Positions 46,283 through 54,189 of a stretch of DNA of 64,000 bases are shown one piece after another (the stretch's first letter is position 1; the number at the start of each line of letters is the position of its first letter). Source of the DNA: a virus; the IMG/VR virus record IMGVR_UViG_3300032291_002405, positions 2,282 to 66,281 of that record. The stretch is one strand, 5' to 3'. Below the pieces are notes generated by a model. That model had not been told where the DNA came from, searched no databases, and saw only the letters and a program-made list of their open reading frames with translations. The translations under genes were made by a program, and so were the position numbers.

Positions 46283-46824
46283 TACATATAAATATTACCA
46301 TTAACCTGAACCATTTGTCTTATTTCTTCTTTGGAATGTTTTTTAGATAATGGAGTTCTATATAGATTCAAATTACCACCAACGGAGCGAAGGTTTCCAA
46401 GGGATTCGATTTCTGTGTCGGTCAAATCCAAATAACCACCAACGGATTTAAGGTTTCCAAGCGATTTGATTTTAGAAATTCGTAAATTCAACCAGTTACC
46501 AACGGATTGAAGAGCACCGAGGGAGTTGATTTCGGATTCATATAAATCCAAATAACCACCAACTGAGCGAAGGTTTCCAAGGGATTCGATTTTGGTATTA
46601 TATAAATCCAAATAACCACCAACGGATGTTAAATTTCCAAGGGATTTGATATTAGTTTCATATAGATTCAAATTACCATCAATTGTATAAGGTGGATTTC
46701 CTTCGGATTCCAGATATTCTTGCAGAAAATTCCAATCATTATTAAAATATTTTAATGATGGAATATTAATAACATTCAAGTTATCCGTTTCTTTTTTTAA
46801 TATTTTTTTAATTAGATACCTCAT
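46282..46824 (-). CDS. leucine-rich-repeat-like protein with 20-aa repeats
   Basis: Tandem SLGNLxSVGGYLDLxxTxIx units. Confidence 0.85.
   Translation of the reverse strand: MRYLIKKILKKETDNLNVINIPSLKYFNNDWNFLQEYLESEGNPPYTIDGNLNLYETNIKSLGNLTSVGGYLDLYNTKIESLGNLRSVGGYLDLYESEINSLGALQSVGNWLNLRISKIKSLGNLKSVGGYLDLTDTEIESLGNLRSVGGNLNLYRTPLSKKHSKEEIRQMVQVNGNIYM
46360..46680. repeat. 60-bp coding tandem repeat (~5 copies)
   Basis: Consecutive 60-nt lines align: aacgga...aggtttccaagggatt...aaataaccacc. Confidence 0.9.
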
Positions 46825-46845
46825 TATAATTAAATATCACAGAAA

Positions 46846-46871
46846 CAAAAAGGGAACCGTAGTTCCCTTTC
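46846..46871 (-). terminator. intrinsic terminator
   Basis: aaagggaac-cgta-gttcccttt hairpin with a T tract on the minus strand. Confidence 0.8.
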
Positions 46872-47035
46872 ATGTTTAAGGTCGTGAGACTCGGCTCCAC
46901 CTTATGTCCATACTAGTTTGGGACAGACATCCTCATAAGATTTCGTTTATCGGGTTCATTGGTAAGGTTATCTTCAACTTTTCCAATCAGGTTACTGTTT
47001 AAGTCCACATAACCATCGGACTTTTTCTTATCGAA

Positions 47036-47164
47036 TTACCAAACCTTTTCTCGCTTTCTATCGTAAACTTTTTTAGATTTTACGACACGAACCACATTTT
47101 TTCTACGTACAATCTGTGCTATATGTCCGTTTGATAATCCTTGTTTCCAATCTTTGTTTTCCAT
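47036..47164 (-). CDS. small basic protein, ArfA-like (42 aa; absent from the ORF track)
   Basis: Translated by hand: MENKDWKQGLSNGHIAQIVRRKNVVRVVKSKKVYDRKREKVW; TATATTTG at 47172-47179. Confidence 0.6.
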   Translation of the reverse strand: MENKDWKQGLSNGHIAQIVRRKNVVRVVKSKKVYDRKREKVW

Positions 47165-47203
47165 AACAATACAAATATACGATGTTTTTTTTAATCTACA
47201 AAA

Positions 47204-49405
47204 TCAAAAATCATATTTTACCGCAATTTGTTGTACACCTTGTCTTTTTTCAGGACTCTGTAATTTAGAATAAACCAACAAATTTTTGTCGGTATCATAC
47301 AACCCAACCTCAGTAAAATAAACATCATTACCTGATATCCATGTCGGATTTGATGACCTAATGTATTGTGATGTTGCCAAATTTACCAAATATTTCATTT
47401 CATATATTGTTGCCTGAACATCAGTTTCAATATTACCGTAAAAGAAATATTCATCACCAAATGTCATACCGGTATTGTAATTAATTAATGGTAAATCTAT
47501 TATTTCTTCCAAACGATAAATCGTTGCGTTATCATATAAATTCTTAGTGATTTGAAATGTCGTCCCACTTATTTCCGACGGACCGATATTAATCGAACCC
47601 GTATTTGCAGATATTACCGATGTGACATCAATTTCTTTCCATAGCATCGGGTCCGGTCTTTCACCTGTTGTAACTTTTTGGCAGATTAATTTAACATTCG
47701 TACATGTAAATCCTGATGGTTGCAATCCCATTTCTTCAATTAAAAATGGAAATTCATTTCCGAATCTTACAATAACATCATCGGTTTGTCCTGTAATATT
47801 TGAACCTGTAATTTTAGAATAATAGTTACAATGTAACCCATTTGTAGAACCGGTATTGGCAAATCTATATGTTACAAACATAGTTTCACTATCACCTGTT
47901 AATATACCGTCAGTTGCGGACACATTTTGATTAAAGGTATTTGGTACTACTAACCCTAACCTAGGTGCTGGTAATGTATAATTTCTATTAGATTTATAGG
48001 ACATTACACTTAATAATTCTTCATCATCAATCACGACCATTTTCAAATCAGGAAATACTTTACCAACCCTATTAGGATATCCATCAGAATTTTCATGTGT
48101 GTCCCATAAATGATAATATCGCAACCCAGGATTATTCATGTCGTCATTTTTAGTTGATAACATATAATATGGTTGAAATAAATTTAAATCATCAAAATTT
48201 GGTGGGTCGATATAAAATGTTTCACCTATTACACCGGTTTTAGATTTGTGCCACATAATTGTTGGCATTACTAATTTAAAATTTCTACCTTGACCTGTTT
48301 CACCTGAATTTGTTGGGTCAAATGGTTCTGTTGCAAACTTTTCACCATAAAAATTATTAATTCCTTGATTTGTGTAGTGAATTATTGAAATCGCTTTTTG
48401 TTCCGATGGTAGTAAATTTATCTTTTCACCAAAAGAATTTTGGTAAAACGTATTTGTAATATAACTATCACCACTAACATTTTGAAATGTTTGTCCTGAA
48501 TCAGATTGATAACCTAAATATTCTTTTGTACTTGTATATGCGGTTGAACCAAATTCATTATGGTCTTTATATAAAGTATATGAAAGACCGGCAGGAGTTT
48601 CAGACCAAGGTTGATTCATATTCCAAATAGGCACATCTTGTTGTTGTATTTCGCAATTTAACTCGAATGAGAAAACACCCGCATCATAATAAGATTCCGG
48701 TGTGTAACTATCGTAATATGGTGTCATTCCTGATGGATAGAAAAACGCCCGACCTGTTCCTGTGAAAGCAGAAAAATTAGGTAAATCTCTATCAACTTGA
48801 ATTGTATTACCACTAACACCAACAACTTTATATGTTAATATTGGATATGAAAAATTCACTATACCACAACTATCATCATTATTAAAATAAAGAACAACAA
48901 ATTGACCTGATTGTGGTGTGCCAGTCACAGAAGCATTACAATTATCGGATATCACTGTAAAAGTACTTGCAGTTGTAATTGCGGATAAATTAAATCTATA
49001 GTTTGACGTTACAGTTAATGCTGAGTTGGTAAATGCAGAATAATTTCCTGAAGACCCTGTAAAAAAACCTCTCGGTTCTGGTGTGTTAAAAATATCAACC
49101 ACATCTGAATCTTGAAATGGGATTCCGAATGTATTGGTATCACCCGTAGAACTAGATAAAAATATTGGATATTTAATTCCACTTTTATTACTTTGTGGTA
49201 CACCCGTATTGTTATGTGTATTGTATTCAGGAACAATAACTTGTAGTGTTGTTAAATTCGCCCCACTAATACAATTGTAACAAACTTCACTGTCACCTAG
49301 TTGAAAGTATGAAATGTTAAAATTACCTTGTGATAGTTTTCTACGTCCCACATCCGTAATTTGAGTGTTAATAAGTGCCGATGTATCTTTTAATATGTAT
49401 GCCAT
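47204..49405 (-). CDS. putative tail/baseplate structural protein
   Basis: ITDVGRRKLSQGNFNISYFQLGDSE N-terminus; C-terminal TEVGLYD..NLL...KL..P..R; TATTTAT at 49411-49417. Confidence 0.7.
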   Translation of the reverse strand: MAYILKDTSALINTQITDVGRRKLSQGNFNISYFQLGDSEVCYNCISGANLTTLQVIVPEYNTHNNTGVPQSNKSGIKYPIFLSSSTGDTNTFGIPFQDSDVVDIFNTPEPRGFFTGSSGNYSAFTNSALTVTSNYRFNLSAITTASTFTVISDNCNASVTGTPQSGQFVVLYFNNDDSCGIVNFSYPILTYKVVGVSGNTIQVDRDLPNFSAFTGTGRAFFYPSGMTPYYDSYTPESYYDAGVFSFELNCEIQQQDVPIWNMNQPWSETPAGLSYTLYKDHNEFGSTAYTSTKEYLGYQSDSGQTFQNVSGDSYITNTFYQNSFGEKINLLPSEQKAISIIHYTNQGINNFYGEKFATEPFDPTNSGETGQGRNFKLVMPTIMWHKSKTGVIGETFYIDPPNFDDLNLFQPYYMLSTKNDDMNNPGLRYYHLWDTHENSDGYPNRVGKVFPDLKMVVIDDEELLSVMSYKSNRNYTLPAPRLGLVVPNTFNQNVSATDGILTGDSETMFVTYRFANTGSTNGLHCNYYSKITGSNITGQTDDVIVRFGNEFPFLIEEMGLQPSGFTCTNVKLICQKVTTGERPDPMLWKEIDVTSVISANTGSINIGPSEISGTTFQITKNLYDNATIYRLEEIIDLPLINYNTGMTFGDEYFFYGNIETDVQATIYEMKYLVNLATSQYIRSSNPTWISGNDVYFTEVGLYDTDKNLLVYSKLQSPEKRQGVQQIAVKYDF

Positions 49406-49418
49406 TTTTTATAAATAC

Positions 49419-51203
49419 TTAACTATAACTATTTCCATAGTAAATAGGACTATATAATTGACTATATAATTGTTGTGGTTGTGGTGTTTGAACAATTAAT
49501 ACCGAACAATCATTACTAATTGATGGTCCATTAAATCCAACACTAACACTAATTTTTCCATCTGTTATCGCATCTGAACAATTAAGATTACCATCACCAA
49601 CAATTAATCCTTGCCCTAAAATTGGTAGTGGTGTTACAGAGTTCGCACAAATTTCAACAGTCTGATTTGGTGATACCGTATAACCAGTTTCAGTACCACC
49701 TGTACAATTTACCCAACTATAATATTTTACACTATTTGTAGGGTTATAAACCGATTTTGACGAACAAGACTGTGTTCCACCTGAAATTTTAGTAATTGCG
49801 GTTATAACGTTACCTGATATTGTATTATTTGATGTTAACTTAATATTACTATATTGTATTGAATATGTTTTACGCGTTGTTGGGTACGGATAATTGTATG
49901 CAAATGGTGACGGAACTATAGTCTGTGTGTTAGTTAATGCCGATACTGTCGGTGATATTAATGTGGTACCACTATATGTTGAAGGTGTATGTATAATATT
50001 TGTTAATCCGGGTTTAGATGTGTCTTCTAAAACACTAATATAAATCGGAACGTTTATTGTCACACCACTTGGTAATGATGGTGTTACTTTAACAACATAA
50101 TCTAATTTCGATTTAACTTGTGTACCGTAGTTCAACTGAGTATCAATTTGATTAGACTCAATTGATAATCTATAAGTCGTTTTTTGACTTCCAGCATTAA
50201 CAGTAAACGTCTTACTATTAATTGTATTACCACTATCTTTTACATAAATAATACCCGATTGGTCACATAAATTATTAAAAACGGGACTTGATTGATAATT
50301 AACACCGTCAATTGAATATGTATATCCACCAACACCACCATTAGCATTAATTAAAACACTACCATCACATAATCCATCACAACTTTCATTATTCACAGTT
50401 AAATTAAAATCTAAAACTGAATTTGTTGGACATGTACCTGAAGTTGCAATCCAAGTTTGTTGAGTTCCAAGTAATGACCATGAACCAAGTGGATTATATG
50501 TATCATTAGTATTAACAAGTGAGTTACCTGTTTTACCCAAAACCATCCATTGATTTATAAACCCATCAACCCACTGTATTGTATATCCGGAACTAGCACC
50601 TGTACCTGAATATGATGGTTTATCATTAACAACACCAGCATAACTAAATGGATATGCCGTAAATGTTTCAGATGTTGAATATAAACATAATGTAATTGGA
50701 TAGTACGGAGTTACTGTTTGTGGGTCACAATCTTCACAAGTTTCATAATAAACCGATAATACATCACCCGTATATGTTTGTCCTGTGTAAAGTGTTTTAC
50801 CACTATAGGTCCAACATCCTTGAGTGTTTTCAAATTTATATACACCACCAAGAATTAATTGACTTTCAGTTAATCCTGTGAAATAAGCAAATGTCGACGC
50901 ACTACAACTTTGAAAATAATCCAAATAAAATGAATCGGAACCAACTTCACAAGTTGTTGTTGCCGAATAATCACCATAATAATCGACTATCGTCACAGTA
51001 TAACTACCCGGATATAAATTATAGATGTTATTTGTTTTTAATTCATTATCCCAAGTGATATTGTATGGTGTTGACCCACCTGTAATAGTTAGGTAAATCG
51101 CACCATCATTTGACACCGGTGTTGTTGCATTGACCGAATAACAATCAACCCCTAAAGGTAAAATTGTAACGACCGAACAAGTATTTCCACTAATATTTGA
51201 CAT
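49419..51203 (-). CDS. virion protein with SprB-like repeats
   Basis: DGAIYLTITGGSTPYNITW..NLYPGSYTVTIVD and DGSV.I..NGG..GYTYSIDG..YQ. Confidence 0.75.
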   Translation of the reverse strand: MSNISGNTCSVVTILPLGVDCYSVNATTPVSNDGAIYLTITGGSTPYNITWDNELKTNNIYNLYPGSYTVTIVDYYGDYSATTTCEVGSDSFYLDYFQSCSASTFAYFTGLTESQLILGGVYKFENTQGCWTYSGKTLYTGQTYTGDVLSVYYETCEDCDPQTVTPYYPITLCLYSTSETFTAYPFSYAGVVNDKPSYSGTGASSGYTIQWVDGFINQWMVLGKTGNSLVNTNDTYNPLGSWSLLGTQQTWIATSGTCPTNSVLDFNLTVNNESCDGLCDGSVLINANGGVGGYTYSIDGVNYQSSPVFNNLCDQSGIIYVKDSGNTINSKTFTVNAGSQKTTYRLSIESNQIDTQLNYGTQVKSKLDYVVKVTPSLPSGVTINVPIYISVLEDTSKPGLTNIIHTPSTYSGTTLISPTVSALTNTQTIVPSPFAYNYPYPTTRKTYSIQYSNIKLTSNNTISGNVITAITKISGGTQSCSSKSVYNPTNSVKYYSWVNCTGGTETGYTVSPNQTVEICANSVTPLPILGQGLIVGDGNLNCSDAITDGKISVSVGFNGPSISNDCSVLIVQTPQPQQLYSQLYSPIYYGNSYS

Positions 51204-51418
51204 TAATAAGTTTTTATTATTTCACAATTATTTGAATCGACTATTTTAATTGAATAGTTAGTTATACTATCATAGGGTGATGGTACATTAACAGTTAATG
51301 GTATGTCCGAATTACTAAAAGTATCCATATAAACACAATTTATTAAGGACGTATCACAAACATATATATGATAATCCTGAGCACCTGTTATTGAATTAAT
51401 TGTTACTTGTCTACCCAT
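51203..51418 (-). CDS. small structural protein (paralog of 61473..61694)
   Basis: INSITG..Y.IYVCD...IKIVDSNNC; likely start MGRQ at 51418. Confidence 0.65.
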   Translation of the reverse strand: MGRQVTINSITGAQDYHIYVCDTSLINCVYMDTFSNSDIPLTVNVPSPYDSITNYSIKIVDSNNCEIIKTY

Positions 51419-51419
51419 A

Positions 51420-52103
51420 TTATGTCCACATTTGTACGTAACCAAAATAACTTGTCATGTTAATAGTTGTTGCCGTTCCGATTATTAATTGTAGGTTACC
51501 ACCCGTAAATCCTGATATTGTTTGTTGTGTTGTTGGGTCACTTAATGGAATTTTCTTAAAATCTCCGGTTTGGTCACAATATCCCAAAGAATAACACACA
51601 CTTACTTGTGAATTGTTGAAGATTATCTCACCGGCAATTTCAAAAGGTTTATTTTGGAAAAAATCTACAGTTTGATTACCAATTGAAGACCCTGTTAATA
51701 TTTGATTTCCTATTTTCATTGAAACATTAATGGTTTCGCTATTACTTCCTGAGCTTGTTTTACCTACAACCCTAAAATGTAATATTTTTGAACGATAGTT
51801 TGAACTATTTTGAAAAAAGGACGTTGGGAATGTTACCGACCCAACACTGTTTGCCGATGTTCCGCTTAAAAAATTAACATCTGATGCCGCTTCAGTATAC
51901 GTTATAGTATTGATTCTTGAAAAAATAGTTCTTTGTGTAAACGCATCAAAACTGTCAGTATTTCCTGTAAAGTTTGAAATATTATTTAAAAAATTATTTT
52001 TATTTATTTGTGACGTAACACCATTAACCACAATAGGTATAACTGATGTCGTCGACGCCGAAGCAATTATCGGTAATTCTGTTATTTTTTTCTGTATTGC
52101 CAT
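51420..52103 (-). CDS. putative tail-fibre-associated protein
   Basis: KKITELP...IPIV.NGVT.QI N-terminal motif. Confidence 0.65.
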   Translation of the reverse strand: MAIQKKITELPIIASASTTSVIPIVVNGVTSQINKNNFLNNISNFTGNTDSFDAFTQRTIFSRINTITYTEAASDVNFLSGTSANSVGSVTFPTSFFQNSSNYRSKILHFRVVGKTSSGSNSETINVSMKIGNQILTGSSIGNQTVDFFQNKPFEIAGEIIFNNSQVSVCYSLGYCDQTGDFKKIPLSDPTTQQTISGFTGGNLQLIIGTATTINMTSYFGYVQMWT

Positions 52104-52106
52104 AAT

Positions 52107-54158
52107 TTAATAAATTAAAAATTCTTCATCTTCTGTTGATAAATAGTCACCATCTTCGGTTAATATATAATCACCAAGACCATCATAACATTCGTTACAA
52201 TTATCAAATACATCTAAAATTGTATTTAAGGTTAATGTTGGGCTTTGGTTATTAACTCTTCCATTGTAAGTAAAACAATATGTGTTACCATTAACATTTG
52301 CGGATATCACATTTCCAATTTCCGCAATTGTCCCACCTGTACTTCTCATTGTATGTGAAACATAATATATTTGACCACTAACACATTCTGTTATTTGTCT
52401 AACAAAATTACAATTAAATTCAGTATCTATTATTGTGAATGTTGTCACACCAGAAATACCGAAGTTTCGTTGAATTGCAGGAGTTCCTGACGGTGTTGGT
52501 GTCGGTGTCGGTGTTACGGTATTAATAATAGTTAAATTAACATTAACGGTAGCACAGGGATTGATAAACACACTTGGAGTAACCGTAGGTGTTGGTGTTA
52601 CCGTTTTTGTTGGTGTAACTGTTGGTGTTACCGTTTTTGTTGGTGTTACTGTTGGTGTTACCGTTTTTGTTGGTGTTACTGTTGGTGTCGGACATGGTCC
52701 TACCGTCCAAATATTTTCATCAATATCCGGACAATTTGAAAAACAAGGTGTTTTTCCATTTAAAATACAATTACCAATTAAACTATCACTTAAACACCAC
52801 GAAACCCCATTATAAAAAACAACACCTGATACACTACCAACATAATATTCCCTACCATTATAAGTCCCAAATGATGTATAATTACCACTATAATTAGTAT
52901 ATCCGTCTAAGTTCAATGATAGACAATAATTGTCAGGACAATCCGATATTACGGGTGTCGATGTAACTGATGGTGTAACAGTATTTGTGGGTACCGGTGT
53001 TGGTGTTTCACCGTAACAAGAACCATTATTAATAATTGTGACTGTTGCCGGTGCAATTATTGAATCATTACATGCACAAATATCATAAACCTGTTGGGGT
53101 CCAAGACTTATTGATTGCTCATTACCATAACAATCTGTAAAACTCACAAAGACAAATTCATCCGTATTTGTGTTTGTTAAATTATAAGAAATACACGTAC
53201 AAAAAACAGAACTTGGTGTTACTGTATTTGTTGGTGTAACTGTTGGTGTTACCGTTTTTGTTGGTGTTACTGTTGGTGTTACTGTTGGTGTGGGTGTAGG
53301 TGTGGGTGTAGGTGTGGGTGTAGGTGTGGGACTTACAACACTAACACAGGCCGAACAACCAGTATAAGGACCATTCGTCGATATTGAACTATAAACCGTA
53401 CCGATTCCCGAATATGTAACAACTGTTGCACATCCATTGAAACCGTCAGTTTGAACATTATATGTATCACCAGTATTTAATGTGCTGCCAGTAACATCTT
53501 TTAAAACAAAAACTTCAAATGGTGATGAACACCCACTCATTTGATATACAGGAGAACAAGGTGTTTCACCTATACAGGCCGAACAACCAGTATATGATAC
53601 AATCCCATTTAATTGATATTGTGTTCCAACACCTGAAAAAGGTACAACTTGTGCACATTCACTTGAGCTATCTATAAAGATGTTTAATGTTGTTGTTCCT
53701 GCACTTAAATTAATTATATTTCCGCCACTACCACTTGTGGTTCCTGTGTAATACGCTTGGTAAACTTCATGCGGCTCACAACATCCCGAAAATTGTCGAT
53801 TTACATTTATGTCAAAAAATAAATCGTAATTAGAATTTAACAATAAAGTACCTACGGTACCTGTCGGTCCAGAAACATTAACCGAATAATATACCGTTAA
53901 TCCACTATAATTCTTATTAAAACTATTTACCGTGTATGATGTGTTAACAGCACCACCGGATATTGTCATCGTAATGGTTTCACCAGACAATAAATAATTG
54001 ATAAGTGCGTCATAACTTATTGAATTATTAACAACTGAAATCCAACTATTTTGGTTAAATGTTACTAAATTTACACCGCCTGAGTTTGCGTCATTGGTTG
54101 TAAAGTAACCATTGGTTAAATAAGCCGTCGACCCACTATATTTATAATTTCTAAACAT
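52107..54158 (-). CDS. Cys-rich virion protein with mucin-like Thr/Pro linkers
   Basis: (PT)n/TVTP tracts between Cys-rich modules; C-terminal YILTEDGDYL; TATTTAT at 54167-54173. Confidence 0.75.
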   Translation of the reverse strand: MFRNYKYSGSTAYLTNGYFTTNDANSGGVNLVTFNQNSWISVVNNSISYDALINYLLSGETITMTISGGAVNTSYTVNSFNKNYSGLTVYYSVNVSGPTGTVGTLLLNSNYDLFFDINVNRQFSGCCEPHEVYQAYYTGTTSGSGGNIINLSAGTTTLNIFIDSSSECAQVVPFSGVGTQYQLNGIVSYTGCSACIGETPCSPVYQMSGCSSPFEVFVLKDVTGSTLNTGDTYNVQTDGFNGCATVVTYSGIGTVYSSISTNGPYTGCSACVSVVSPTPTPTPTPTPTPTPTVTPTVTPTKTVTPTVTPTNTVTPSSVFCTCISYNLTNTNTDEFVFVSFTDCYGNEQSISLGPQQVYDICACNDSIIAPATVTIINNGSCYGETPTPVPTNTVTPSVTSTPVISDCPDNYCLSLNLDGYTNYSGNYTSFGTYNGREYYVGSVSGVVFYNGVSWCLSDSLIGNCILNGKTPCFSNCPDIDENIWTVGPCPTPTVTPTKTVTPTVTPTKTVTPTVTPTKTVTPTPTVTPSVFINPCATVNVNLTIINTVTPTPTPTPSGTPAIQRNFGISGVTTFTIIDTEFNCNFVRQITECVSGQIYYVSHTMRSTGGTIAEIGNVISANVNGNTYCFTYNGRVNNQSPTLTLNTILDVFDNCNECYDGLGDYILTEDGDYLSTEDEEFLIY
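52575..52690. repeat. Thr/Pro-coding repeat (TVTPTK)
   Basis: gttggtgtta(c/a) units; similar tract at 53215-53330. Confidence 0.85.
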
Positions 54159-54189
54159 CTATCCTAATAAATAATCAGTAATTTATTTT

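Noticed and set aside
46360-46680. Regular 60-bp repeats as a CRISPR array
   Set aside because: No unique spacers; the repeats are in-frame coding units and no cas operon is present.
46885-46945. Twister or hammerhead ribozyme (GTCCCAAAC...GTGGAG)
   Set aside because: Only partial resemblance; the pseudoknot-pairing partner and CUGAUGA/GAAA cores are not present in the right arrangement.
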